Notes: a model not told the origin generated them from the sequence alone. DNA of 64,000 nucleotides from Myxococcales bacterium (GCA_047601445.1 JASGJH010000001.1:6560001-6624000), one strand, 5' to 3'; counted from the first letter of the stretch, positions 19,645 to 30,206 are shown. Made by a program: numbers and translations.

Positions 19645-21024
19645 CTACTTCGACAGCCACTCGGCCGGCAGCGGCATGATGTTCCAGGTCCAGGTTTCGC
19701 GGGGGTTGTCGCGCTTCAGGATCGTCTCGCGCACCGGCTTCCCGTCCTTCCACACGTAACGACGCAGCTCACCCTGATCGTCGGCTGCCACGTACAGCTC
19801 GTCCTTGCCGTCTTCGTCGAGATCGGTGAGCAAGGCCGCGTGCTCGAAGCCCGAGGAATCGGTTTCGATGTTCTCCACCGTCCACTCGTCCTTGGCGGTC
19901 TTGCCGGGGCGGAGCAGCCACACGCCGCTGCGGAACGCGGCCGCGACCATCTCCTTCTTGCCGTCGCCGTCCACGTCGCCCGCCGTGAGAAAGCGGCAGA
20001 AGCGATCCTGGATGCGGGCCACGACTTTGCCCTTGTCTGCGGGGGTGTTGGCGTCGAAGCGGCGGATCTCCACCGGTTCCACCACCTTGACGTTCTCCTT
20101 GGAGCCTTCCGTGAGCGCTTCCACGGCCACGTAGAGTTCGTCACGGCCGTCCCCGTCCACGTCCTTGACCAGGATCTCCTTGGCGTGACGCTTGCCGAGG
20201 TCCGCGACCACCTTGCGGCCTTCCTTGAGCTTCGGCACGTAGCGCACCACGCGTCCGCTCTGCGCACCTGCGTCGAGACGGTTGGGCTCGCTGGGCGTCG
20301 CGTAGATCTCGAGGGCCCCGTCGCCGTTGAGGTCACCGAGCTCGATCTCGTGGATGAACGTGTCGGGCTCGCGGTCCAGCTTCTCGACCTGCCACTTCCC
20401 GTCGGCCAACTGCTTGAGGTACGCCACCACGCCCTGGTCGTGGGTGGCCACCGCGATGTCGACCAAGCCGTCGCCGTCGACGTCGCCTACCTCGGCGTCG
20501 CGCATGCGATCGAACTTGCCGCCGAAGGCCTCGGTCCACCAGGTCTCGGACTGCATCGGGGCACGCTTCCAGCCCTTGACCGCGGCCTTCATGCCGCCGA
20601 GGGTCACCAGGGTTGCGGGCTTGCCCGGCAAGCTCAGGGCAAAGGCCTTGTGGAACACATTGCTGTCCGCATCGTCGAAGCTCTCGACCTTCCAAAGGCC
20701 GGCTTGCGGGGTCAAGAGGTCCGCCCGCGCGGGCTGCGGCGTGGTACCCGAGAACCGCGACAGGGCCAGCACCAGGCCCCGTTTGGCGGCGGGGGCTGAG
20801 GCGGAGGGTTGCGGCTGGGCTTGCTTGGTTTCGGCAGCGGGTGCGCTCGGCGTGGGCGCTTCGGGAGCTGGCGTTTCGGCTTTCTTTTCGCCGCCGCAGC
20901 CGAGGGCCATGCACAGGGCCACGCACGAGAGCGCCTGTCGAAGCGGGCGGCTCTGCGCGCGAGCAAGGCGACGAGCGCGGACAAGCCTGGAAAACCGAGC
21001 CTTGGAGGGACGCGAAAGCAGCAT
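19645..21024 (-). CDS. FG-GAP/VCBS-repeat lipoprotein (start may be later)
   Basis: Lipobox ALGC; repeated GDVDGDG/GDLNGDG/DLDEDG Ca-binding motifs. Confidence 0.85.
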   Translation of the reverse strand: MLLSRPSKARFSRLVRARRLARAQSRPLRQALSCVALCMALGCGGEKKAETPAPEAPTPSAPAAETKQAQPQPSASAPAAKRGLVLALSRFSGTTPQPARADLLTPQAGLWKVESFDDADSNVFHKAFALSLPGKPATLVTLGGMKAAVKGWKRAPMQSETWWTEAFGGKFDRMRDAEVGDVDGDGLVDIAVATHDQGVVAYLKQLADGKWQVEKLDREPDTFIHEIELGDLNGDGALEIYATPSEPNRLDAGAQSGRVVRYVPKLKEGRKVVADLGKRHAKEILVKDVDGDGRDELYVAVEALTEGSKENVKVVEPVEIRRFDANTPADKGKVVARIQDRFCRFLTAGDVDGDGKKEMVAAAFRSGVWLLRPGKTAKDEWTVENIETDSSGFEHAALLTDLDEDGKDELYVAADDQGELRRYVWKDGKPVRETILKRDNPRETWTWNIMPLPAEWLSK

Positions 21025-21036
21025 AGGTCAGAGCGC

Positions 21037-22680
21037 TTAGCGCACCTCTTTTGCGCCGTCCAAGAACGTGCGGGGCGGGTCCTGCTGCAGGTCGATCACC
21101 ATGCGCGCATCGCCCTTGGTGGGCAGTTCCACCGACAGGGAACGACTGCGTCCGAGCGGCGGGCAGCTCAGCTCCACCCGGTGCACCCCCGAGCGCAGCT
21201 TGATCTTGCGCAGGGGCGTGGTTCCGAGCGCTTTCCCATCGATGGATACGTCGGCCCAGGGCAGCGCATTGATGCTCAAGGTGCTGCGACCGCCCTGCTC
21301 GCGCGCCCCCGCGTCGGCCCCGAGGTCGGGCGTCTTCGGTGCTTCGACTACGTTGGCGGATGGCGAGGCGGTCTCCGTTGGCACGTCGGGACGTTGGGCT
21401 GGCTGCTCGACCAGGCTCGGCGCGCTGGGTTGCGGCGGGCTCGCCGTCGGCTTGGGATTGCGCTTCCAGGCCAGGACCAGGGCCGCGGCCATCGCAACCA
21501 GGGCGAGCCAGGGCCATGCCTTGAGCATCCAACGGGTGAGCGCGGGGCTGTGAGCTTGCGACGCACGCGGCTCCGGCTCGCCACTCGAGCCGACCGGCAG
21601 CGCGCGCTCGCGGATGCGTCGCGTGCCCTCGGCTTCGGCAGCGCCTTCCTGCACGGGCGGCGCCGGGGCCTTGGGGATTGGAGCCAGCCCGGAGGAGCGC
21701 ATGATCTCGGTGAGCACAGGGCTCGTGGCGATGCTTTTGGCCGGCACGCGAGCCGTGCCTTCGGAGCTCGGGGCACGCACCGTGGACGCCTCGGAATCCT
21801 CACGCGCGCTCGCCCGCTGGCCTCGCCGTTCACGCGCGAGCAACGAGGCGCGCGAGGTGCGGGCCTGCATCTCCTGCAACACGCCTTCGGGCCGAGTTTG
21901 AGCCAGGAATTCGCGCAAAGCTCGCGCCACGGCCGCCGCCTTGGGGCGTCCAGCCGGAGCTTCCGAGAGCATGGCCTGCGTCAGCTGCGCAAGCGCCGGG
22001 GGAGTCCCCGCCAAGCGGGCGAAATCGGGCGCTTGAGTGAGCGATGCCCGCAAGGTCTTGGCGAACGCGGGCGTGCCCGTCAGACACTCGAAGAGCACTG
22101 CACCCAGGGAGAAGAAGTCGCTCTCGGGCCCCAGACCCTCGCCGCGTGCTTGCTCGGGTGACATGTAGCCAGGGGAGCCGAACAGCTCTCCGCTCACCTC
22201 GCTCACGCTGGTGGCGATACCGAAATCAAGAAGCCGAGCGTGTCCGGCCTGATCCACGATAATGTTGCGCGGGGTAATGTCGCGGTGAAGGATGCCAAAG
22301 CGGCTGTGCGCGTAATCGAGCGCCTCGCAGATCTGAGCACCCAGGTGGGCCGTGAGCGCGGGCGAAAGAGGACCTTCTTCGAGCAGGCTCGCGATGGTCG
22401 CGCCCTCCACGTACTCCATCGACAGGTAGTACGTGCCCTCCGCCGCGCCGAGCTCGTAGACCTGCACGATGTGCGGATGACTCAGCGCGACCAGCGTGTT
22501 GGCCTCGCGCACGAAGAGCTCCACGAAGCGCGGGTCGCGCGCGAGCTCGGGCTTGATCTGCTTGATCACCAGCTGCTTCTCGAAACCGCCCAGACCACGC
22601 AGGCGCGCGCGAAAGACGCGCGCCATGCCGCCTTCCGCGAGTTCTTCGTCAATCAGGTAGGGGCCGAGCTGAGCGAGCAC
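21037..22680 (-). CDS. Membrane Ser/Thr protein kinase with C-terminal PEGA-like domain
   Basis: GGMARVF, VIK, HRDITPRN, DFG, GSPGYMSPEQ; TM; PWADVSIDGKALGTTP; likely GTG start 22680. Confidence 0.92.
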   Translation of the reverse strand: MLAQLGPYLIDEELAEGGMARVFRARLRGLGGFEKQLVIKQIKPELARDPRFVELFVREANTLVALSHPHIVQVYELGAAEGTYYLSMEYVEGATIASLLEEGPLSPALTAHLGAQICEALDYAHSRFGILHRDITPRNIIVDQAGHARLLDFGIATSVSEVSGELFGSPGYMSPEQARGEGLGPESDFFSLGAVLFECLTGTPAFAKTLRASLTQAPDFARLAGTPPALAQLTQAMLSEAPAGRPKAAAVARALREFLAQTRPEGVLQEMQARTSRASLLARERRGQRASAREDSEASTVRAPSSEGTARVPAKSIATSPVLTEIMRSSGLAPIPKAPAPPVQEGAAEAEGTRRIRERALPVGSSGEPEPRASQAHSPALTRWMLKAWPWLALVAMAAALVLAWKRNPKPTASPPQPSAPSLVEQPAQRPDVPTETASPSANVVEAPKTPDLGADAGAREQGGRSTLSINALPWADVSIDGKALGTTPLRKIKLRSGVHRVELSCPPLGRSRSLSVELPTKGDARMVIDLQQDPPRTFLDGAKEVR

Positions 22681-22749
22681 GAGATCAGGGGCCCGAGCAT
22701 ATCGCGTCCCGAGCGAAGCGCGCGAACAAGCCATCCCAATCAGGGGCGG

Positions 22750-24580
22750 GCGCGCCGCGGGCGCTTCGCGCGGGCCTCGGCCCTCGGTCTCATCCTGGCC
22801 GCCTGCGCGTGCCGCGGAACCGAACAGCACACCCATTCGAGCGAAGTCGCGCTGCGCTACCTGCCCGGGTGCGCCCCCGACGTACTCGATCAATTCACCG
22901 TCGAAGCCCTGGGTGATTTCCCAGCCAGTGACGGCACCATCGTTTCCTTCGACGCCCGTGACGGGACGGGCACGCTGAGCGATCTCCCGGTGGACGCTCG
23001 CTTGTTTCGCATCCAGCTGACTACCCCCACCTACGCGGGCGCCGCGATTGCCCAGGTCGCCGACGGCTCCGCGTCCGCCCCCTCCGTGGTCCTGCCCACG
23101 GGCCTCGCCTGTCAGGTGCCGAGCTTGGCGCCGCCGCCGCTTACGGCTGCGGCCGTGGCCGTGAGTGCGAACGGCGAGGTCTTGATCGCCGGCGGTCTCG
23201 AGGGCGATCTGGTGGGCTCGAATCAGAATCGTTCGTCTCAGCGTGGAAGACCGACTCTCCGAGCGCCTCGCCGAAGGTCTGTTCGTGCCGCGCGCCGGCG
23301 GCTACGCCGTGAGCCCCACCGGGATCACCAACGAGACCTGGATCATCGGTGGCGCACCGAGCCTCGCGCCCGGCACTTTGGCCCTCAATTCCTTCGAGCG
23401 CATCGACCAGGGTACGCGCGAAGTGCTCGGCCTCGGTCGCCTGCGCGTTCCTCGCGTGCACGCTCGCGCGCTCGCGTTGCCCGACGGGTCCGTGCTGGTG
23501 GCAGGCGGTGAGAGCAGCGTAGGGAGTGCCGGCACGCTCACCACGCTCGAGCGAGTCGCTGCGGGCAGCGTCGAGAGCCAACTCGAGGCCTCGCTGCCCT
23601 GGTCGGGTTCGTTGGACGCCATGCTCCTGCGGGACGATGGGGTCGTGGTGTTGGCAGGACGTGCTGGTGTCGAGCTCCGCCTCGCCCTCTTCGATCCCAA
23701 GTCGCAGCAGGTGGCGAGCCTCTCACCACCTTCCGCGACCTGGGATCCGAACCTGGTGGTCACTCTGCCGGGCGCTCGCATCGCACTCATCGAGACGGCG
23801 CCCGACGCGCTCACGGGTGAGCTCCACACCACAGGCGCGCTCTGGCTCTTGCTGCCCGACGGCAGCCAGCTGCACCTCGACCATTGGTTCTCTTCCTTCA
23901 GCGACCTCACCAACGTCCGCACGGCGACCCTCGATGACGGCCGCATCCTCCTCAGTGGCTCGTCCTCCGCGGGAGCCTTCAGCGCGCGCGTGATCGATCC
24001 TGGGCGTTCCGACGTTCGCCCACGTCCACTCGCGGCCCTGCCCGCCCAGCTCCTCGCGCGCAACGATGGCAGCATCGTCATGTTGGCCGACAACGCCGTC
24101 GCGCTCCTGCGCGAGTCCGCCCGTACACCCTACGACAACCCTGGCGGTACCCTGCTCGCCGACGACACCGCCGACACCAGCGTGCTCGCGCTCGACGCGC
24201 CTCAACGCTTTCGTCGCGAGGGTGTGGCCTTGGTCTCTACCGCCGCGCTCGCACGCTTCGACGTCGCGCTCCTGCGCTACGACGACGTGCGCGTGGACGT
24301 GCGCGCTAGCGGACCGACCGAGCTCTTGTTGCGGCGTGCCGATGGCGCCGAGAGCTCGATCGAACTGGGCAGCGAGCGCGTGGGCCCCGCCCTGTGCAGT
24401 CTCGACAGCGATCCGAGCCAGGTCGTACGCCTGGAACGCCAGGGCGAGAGCTTGCGCATCCGCACCGCGCGCGCCGAGCGCACCTGCCAGCTTGCTGGTC
24501 TGACGGGAGCCATATCTGTGGCCGTACGCGCCCTCGAGCCCGACGTGCGCATCGATGATCTCGAGGTCACGCGCTTCTGA
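22750..24580 (+). CDS. Kelch-like beta-propeller lipoprotein with +1 frameshift at about 23227; start codon not found
   Basis: Signal-like GLILAACAC; repeats VLIAGG, WIIGG, LPDGSVLVAGG, LDDGRILLSG; removing one A in CAGAATC joins ...GSNQ to IVRLSVEDRL... Confidence 0.65.
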
Positions 24581-24585
24581 GCAGG

Positions 24586-25536
24586 TCAGTTCGCGTCGCT
24601 CAGTCGCTTGGCCTCGCCCTTCTCGATACGCAGCGCCTGCACGGGTCCGCCGTAGTGTCGCGAGAGCCCCACGTCGATGCGCCACACACGACCGTCGCAA
24701 GCTGCGTTCACGCCCTCGGGCTGCACCGTGTGTCCCACGACCATGCGCTTGGCCCCCAGCGCCCCGAGCACTTGTCCGAGCTCTTCACAAGCGGGCGTGG
24801 GCACACCGGAGTAGACGCGCGTCCATACCGGCCCATCCTCCGCCATCACCACCGGGGACAGATCTGGCCGCTGCCCTAGCAGGAATGCCCTCACCTCATC
24901 GTTCATCCGCTTGAGCCCATAGCGCACGTGCTTCATCAGCACCCCGCCGTGAGCGAACACCGTGTCGCCTACCTGCACCACCACGGGCCGGTCCGCGAGC
25001 ATGCGCGCGTAGGGACCGCCCGGCCGAAACGCCTCCAGGCGACCCCCAGCGCTATCGAAGGCCGCCACGCTGCCCGGCGTCACATAGCGAAAGTCCTGCA
25101 CCACGTTCATCAGCTCGTGATTGCCCGACATGGCGATCACCGCTCCGCCCGCCGCGTTGGCCTCGCCCTTCAAGCGCTCCATCAAATCGAGCACCGCACG
25201 ATCGTCATCACCACGGTCGATTTCATCGCCCGTCTGCACCACCACCAGCTTGCCGCCGCGCCAGTGGTCGCTCTCGTCGATGGCGCCCGCTAGCCGCAAT
25301 ACCTTGCGAGTCTGCTCGAGGTCTCCGTGCAGATCACCGATGGCCACCAGCGAGCTCGCCTGCGGGAGACTCACGAAGCTCCCCTTGGCCCCCCCGCTGT
25401 CGGTCGGCCTCTGCTTGGGGAGCGCTTGGGGCTCCTCGGTGCGCGTTCGCGTCGGGGCTTCCTGCGGCGCCTGAGCCGGCGCTTGGCAAGAGACCAAGAA
25501 GAACGAGAACGTGAGGAGTCGACCCAGTGATCTCAT
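24586..25536 (-). CDS. Metallophosphoesterase lipoprotein (Shewanella-like phosphatase)
   Basis: Lipobox LVSC; GDLHGD, GDEIDRG, GNHE, AHGG, GHT, IDVGLS. Confidence 0.9.
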   Translation of the reverse strand: MRSLGRLLTFSFFLVSCQAPAQAPQEAPTRTRTEEPQALPKQRPTDSGGAKGSFVSLPQASSLVAIGDLHGDLEQTRKVLRLAGAIDESDHWRGGKLVVVQTGDEIDRGDDDRAVLDLMERLKGEANAAGGAVIAMSGNHELMNVVQDFRYVTPGSVAAFDSAGGRLEAFRPGGPYARMLADRPVVVQVGDTVFAHGGVLMKHVRYGLKRMNDEVRAFLLGQRPDLSPVVMAEDGPVWTRVYSGVPTPACEELGQVLGALGAKRMVVGHTVQPEGVNAACDGRVWRIDVGLSRHYGGPVQALRIEKGEAKRLSDAN

Positions 25537-25627
25537 GGCGTGGCAGCGTACTCGCGGGCTGCCTGCGGGCCAGGATTTCGTCGGCTGCCATTGACGGACG
25601 CGGACATCCAAGTCGGTGACGCGTTGA

Positions 25628-26392
25628 TCAGCGCGTGTGCGCGATCCTGGACTCGTTGACCAGCACCACGTCGAGGTCGTTGTCCGCAGTGTTGCGGTTG
25701 AGGGCCGGGGGCAGGTCCGAGAACAGGCGTGCGACCCGGCTTTCGCGCCACAGCCGGTCGATGATCGTCGCCATCCCCGCCATCTCGGTTCCCTTGGCCT
25801 TGTCCCGTTGGATCACGATCACGTCCGAGGGGATGCCGTAGGCTTCATGGCCTCGCCGCAGGGGAACCGCCCCGAAGCGGTAGCCGAGTTCCTGCGTGCT
25901 CCGATCATTGCGCGTGATGGCGACCATCACGGCAGCGCTGGTGCTCAAGAACCGGTTGATCGCGATGCCGGCCAACACCTCGGACATGAACGGCCCAACC
26001 TTGTTGCGTCGCCAATCCGGATGAACAGTCATCTGTCCGAGGCTCATGACCTGCTCGTACCCTTGGTCGAGTAGCAGCTTCAAGACCTCGCTCGGAAAAT
26101 GGCGGAAGTACGACAGGTCGCGGTGTGCCTTGAGCCGCAAGTCGCGAAAGTCGAACATCTGCAGTGCAACGACTTGATCTCCCATGAAAATGGCGCTCAC
26201 CTCGCGCTGGGTGAGGAACATGTCGCTTTGCAAGTTGATGTCGGCCTGCACTTCCGAGAACGTGGAGCGCCACATCTCGAGCCAGAACGAATAAGCCTTG
26301 TCGTAATCCTCCTCCGTGCCCCGCCCAGGCCCCCGCGCCTTGAGCAAGACGTGACGCAGCGACTGCACCGTCTGTTTGTCGATCGTCTGCAT
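25628..26392 (-). CDS. GNAT-fold protein, putative LuxI/FeeM-like acyl synthase
   Basis: GGGAGG RBS; GQMTVHPDWRR (GNAT motif A-like) followed by helix, MVAITRNDR and LGYRFGA (motif B-like); family assignment by eye. Confidence 0.6.
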   Translation of the reverse strand: MQTIDKQTVQSLRHVLLKARGPGRGTEEDYDKAYSFWLEMWRSTFSEVQADINLQSDMFLTQREVSAIFMGDQVVALQMFDFRDLRLKAHRDLSYFRHFPSEVLKLLLDQGYEQVMSLGQMTVHPDWRRNKVGPFMSEVLAGIAINRFLSTSAAVMVAITRNDRSTQELGYRFGAVPLRRGHEAYGIPSDVIVIQRDKAKGTEMAGMATIIDRLWRESRVARLFSDLPPALNRNTADNDLDVVLVNESRIAHTR

Positions 26393-27661
26393 GTGTCTAC
26401 CTCCCTTTGTCGATGTGACGTCGTTGCCGACTATTTCCCCCACGAATAACTTCTGAGACGAACTGAAGATCGCGCATGAATTGCAGTGGAGCTCTGACTC
26501 GCGAGCGCTCTGCGCCGACGAACCCGAGAAGCTGCGACTCGGGCCGCTGCTTCGAAGATGGCTTCAGCGCTGGCGCCCTCACCGCGCGCGCACGAGCCCA
26601 GCCCACGCGATGCGCCTCGAGCCCCGTCGGGCGATTCGCGGAGCGCCGTGCGGCGCGAGCATCGAAAGCTTTGACCCGACGCTGGGGCCATCCGCAGGTC
26701 CTGGCAGGCCGGCCCAGGCGAGAAAAGTTGATCCAAGCGGACGGCGCGTCCTCCAGCTGATCTCGAATGTCGTTCGACGATGCCCAGATGGGCATCCGGC
26801 GCGCCAACAACGGGCCTCATTTGGTTATTCGAGGCGTCCACGAATCGGAGCGGACGGCGAATCTCTGAATCTTCGTGCAGCCAAATGCCGCCAAATCCAG
26901 CTTCGGAGTCAGACGCGCCTGTTTGCATTGACCATATTCTGTCAGTGCAGGCGTTTTTGCTTCCAGCGGTAAAATTCTTTACCTGCTGTAGCCGGTCCTC
27001 GCGAGAGGACAATTTCGTTGTGTTCGGGAGCGTTTGCTGAATTTCAAGGCAGTGACTCAAACGGGCAGCGCGCAATGGCAATTGTGTCCTCAGGCGCAAA
27101 GCCTCCCGGCAGGGACCGCAAACAAACCTGCTCCTCCCGACTCGGAGCGGCTCGCGATTGACGTGCAACATCCATCCTCCACTCGCGAGTTTCCTGACGT
27201 TCGCGATCGCGCGCGGTCGAGCACTCCCGATTGGCGAGCGAGCGCCCGCGGGTCAACGCGCTTTCCGCCCTGAGTCCGCGCTCTGAGAGTTCGTCCCCAG
27301 CAGCGGAGTTATTGCGGCGCCTGATGGGGCGGTGGCGTTGCTCGACCACGCTGGGTCTCCCCAAGTCAGCACTGTGATTCGCAGTGCAACCTGTAGTGCG
27401 GCGCGGGCCCAATCGTTTGCGCGTCCAGCAAACTTGCTTGCGTTCTCGCGTGTGACGACCGGCAAGCACCATGTGAAGCAGCTCGCCCCTACTCGTGAGA
27501 ATGTGCCTTCCAGGGATGGTGTGCAGCCATGCTTTGCGGGCGATCGGGTGAATGCTGTGTCTTGGCTTACGACGACGCCCTACTCATTCAGGTCGCGCGC
27601 GCCCGCACGCTCGTGGACTTTCGCTACCCCGCTCGCGAGGCGCTTGATACAATGTGGGGAG

Positions 27662-28720
27662 ATGGACGCCGTTCGGGAGCAGCAGCACCGCCCTCTCGCA
27701 GCCTACCAAGGTTTCGTCCGGTCGCAGTTGAGCCGGTTTGGGGCGTCACACAGTGATTTGGAAGACCTCATCCAAGAGGTCTGGCTCATCGCGATCGCAC
27801 GTTCTCCGCGGTTCACCGAAGACCGCGCCATTCGCGCATGGCTCAGCGAGGTCTGTCGACGCGTCGTTGCTGGGGCTCGCAGGTCGCGAACGCGCACTCC
27901 GCTCTTGCCCGGCGACGCGCCGGAGTTGTCGGTCGAACCGGAGCAGGTGGAGCACATCGAAGTCGAACTCGACGAGCAGATGTGCATGGCTGCACTCGCC
28001 AGGTTGGATGAGCGCCAGCTCGACGTTCTTACTCTCTACGGCGGCGGTGACCTCTCGATGCGCGAAGTCGCCGAGCTGGTCGGTGAGCCCGAGCGAACCG
28101 TGTACTCACGCTATCGTTCGGCAATCAGCGAGCTCACGCGCGACTTGCGGCGCAACGAGCGCACGAAGCCCCGCTCGAGCCTGCCACCACCGTTTCCTCT
28201 CAGCGATACGCTGAACATCTCGGGAGACAGCGAGATCTGGGCCGATCAAGGGCGCTTGGCGATCTACCGCTCCGATGAACGAATGGTGCTGGGCCGTCTG
28301 GGCAACGTCGTCGTCGCCCGTTGGCGCAAACGAGCGTACGAAGACTCCTCGCTGGCGATCGGCCGTGCGATCGGAGAGGCTCACAAACGCATGGGAGGCC
28401 TGGTGGTGCTATTGAACCACGTCGAGCCCGAGATGCGCCTGCTCAATGCGTCTGAGCGGAGCTACATGCGCGAGCTGATCCGGGTGAGTTCCCCGCAGTT
28501 GGCAGTGGTCGTCGACGTTTGCAACACGCCGATTGTGCGCATCGGTGGTGCAATCATGCAGGCACTCATGCTGATCACTCGGTCCACGACTTCGTTCGTG
28601 GTGGTTCCGACGCTCGAGCAGACGCGTCGGCATGTGACGCCGCATGCGTTCTGCACCGCGGGGCCTTTGAGCTTCGAACAAGTCGCGCACGCCATGCAGA
28701 CGCTTCGCTCGCAGCCTTAG
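27662..28720 (+). CDS. ECF sigma-70 factor with C-terminal STAS/SEC14-like domain
   Basis: Sigma2 DLEDLIQEVWL...RAWL; sigma4 LSMREVAELVGEPERTVYSRY; about 160-aa alpha/beta C-terminal domain; ATG 27662 after GGGGAG. Confidence 0.82.
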   Translation: MDAVREQQHRPLAAYQGFVRSQLSRFGASHSDLEDLIQEVWLIAIARSPRFTEDRAIRAWLSEVCRRVVAGARRSRTRTPLLPGDAPELSVEPEQVEHIEVELDEQMCMAALARLDERQLDVLTLYGGGDLSMREVAELVGEPERTVYSRYRSAISELTRDLRRNERTKPRSSLPPPFPLSDTLNISGDSEIWADQGRLAIYRSDERMVLGRLGNVVVARWRKRAYEDSSLAIGRAIGEAHKRMGGLVVLLNHVEPEMRLLNASERSYMRELIRVSSPQLAVVVDVCNTPIVRIGGAIMQALMLITRSTTSFVVVPTLEQTRRHVTPHAFCTAGPLSFEQVAHAMQTLRSQP

Positions 28721-28990
28721 CGATTCCTTGGGCTCGGCAGCGAGCACAAACGCGAGGATCGGCATCGCGCGGCCTGGGAGCCCGACGGCCAGAATGGCGT
28801 CATTGCGCAGGCCGGTTTGTAAGCTGGCCCCGGTTTGTCGCGCCGCCGGGGGTGAATCAAAGAGTTTTCTGCAGCCTCGTCAACGCCGCTTGCAGATTGA
28901 AGAATTCGTCGTCTTCTGGAGCTCACTGTTCCAGCATCGGCACATTTTTCCTGTGGAACGAAAACGAGTCGCTTTGACACGATATGGCCA

Positions 28991-30172
28991 ATGGAAACAA
29001 AAAAAGTCATTCCCGAGACCCTTCAAGGAGGCATTTGGCTGATCGGAAGCCCAGTTGAAGCGAACGGTGAGGTCGCCTCCTGGGCAGAAAATGGCCAAAC
29101 GAGGTCAAGCGTTTGGGTGCGGCACGCGGTGGAGAGCCGCTTCGGCCGAAACGCCCATCTTTCGCCGGGCGCGCTCCGCAACTCCCTCGCAATCGAGGCG
29201 GTATGGCTCGCCGATGGCGCGAGCGAAGAGGAGCTCGCCCCCGCCTTGTATCGCGCGCTGCAGATCGGGCGCATCCGCGATCTGAACACCGTGGTGGCCC
29301 ACCTTTCGGGGGTGGAGTCTGCGGTCGCTCGCGTGCTCCGACTAGCAGAGCTCAGCGCTGCGAGTGAGGTTCGGGAGGGGCGCGAGTTCGTGGCCATGGC
29401 GCAGATGCTGGACGTCGCAATCTTCGAGGCGGCCCGTCGCTGTAGCCCGGCCGCGTGGCAAGAAGTCCGCAAGGGATTGGCCCTGGAGGCGATGGAGATG
29501 GTGCGGCACTGGCTGCCACGATTCTATGGGGGCAGTTTTACCCGTTCGGTCCTCGATAAGACCATGACCCGCGAGCAGTACATCCAGACGCTGTCCAATG
29601 CCCATCACTACGTTCGCCAGACGACGCAGCACTTGGGGCGCGCGGTCGCCAATGCGAACGATCGCGACATGCGCCGCCACCTCATCCATCACCTCAACGG
29701 GGAGATCAACCACGAGGTGATGATCGAGAACGACCTACGGCACCTCGGCGTGGACCCCGAGTACGTAACCCGTCACCGCATGCCCAACTGGAAAACCAAG
29801 GCGTTCATGGCGGTGCAGGAGGCTGCGGTGGGCTTCTACCACGATCCGCTGATGCTCATGGCCTGTGCGTTGGCAGGCGAGGCGGTCGCGGCCCACATGC
29901 CGAGCGAGTTCTTGCCCTGCCTGCGTGAGCTGGTCGTTTCGTGGGGCGTGCAACGACCAGAAAGAGCGGTCTCGTTCATCGCGTCCCACACGCACGTGGA
30001 CGGAGGCGAGGCTGGTCACTGGCAGGCGACGGCCGATATCCTCGGAAACTACCTGGTCGACGAGGCGACACAGCGGCGCTTCCTGTGTACCGTGCGCGCC
30101 ACCGCCGAGTCTTTCGAGCGACTGGCCAACTCCAATATCGACGAGCTGCCGCTCTTCGCGCGGGTCTCTTGA
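28991..30172 (+). CDS. Heme-oxygenase-like di-iron oxidase (iron-containing redox enzyme/TenA-PqqC fold) with about 160-aa N-terminal extra domain
   Basis: YVRQT, HHLNGEINHE...DLRHLG, GEA, HTHVDGGEAGH metal-ligand pattern. Confidence 0.78.
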   Translation: METKKVIPETLQGGIWLIGSPVEANGEVASWAENGQTRSSVWVRHAVESRFGRNAHLSPGALRNSLAIEAVWLADGASEEELAPALYRALQIGRIRDLNTVVAHLSGVESAVARVLRLAELSAASEVREGREFVAMAQMLDVAIFEAARRCSPAAWQEVRKGLALEAMEMVRHWLPRFYGGSFTRSVLDKTMTREQYIQTLSNAHHYVRQTTQHLGRAVANANDRDMRRHLIHHLNGEINHEVMIENDLRHLGVDPEYVTRHRMPNWKTKAFMAVQEAAVGFYHDPLMLMACALAGEAVAAHMPSEFLPCLRELVVSWGVQRPERAVSFIASHTHVDGGEAGHWQATADILGNYLVDEATQRRFLCTVRATAESFERLANSNIDELPLFARVS

Positions 30173-30206
30173 AATTGGGGGCACAAGGTCACTCGGCGGC
30201 TCAGCG

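Noticed and set aside
19645..20560. Recurrent GACGGCGACGG-like nucleotide repeats
   Set aside because: Explained by protein-level FG-GAP (DxDGDG) repeats
26431..27661. ORF-track ORFs in the spacer (246 aa minus, 163 aa plus) and the 110-aa N-terminal extension of the sigma ORF from 27332
   Set aside because: Arg/Ser/Pro-rich, no motifs, atypical codon use; sigma homology and the paralog alignment start near 27662
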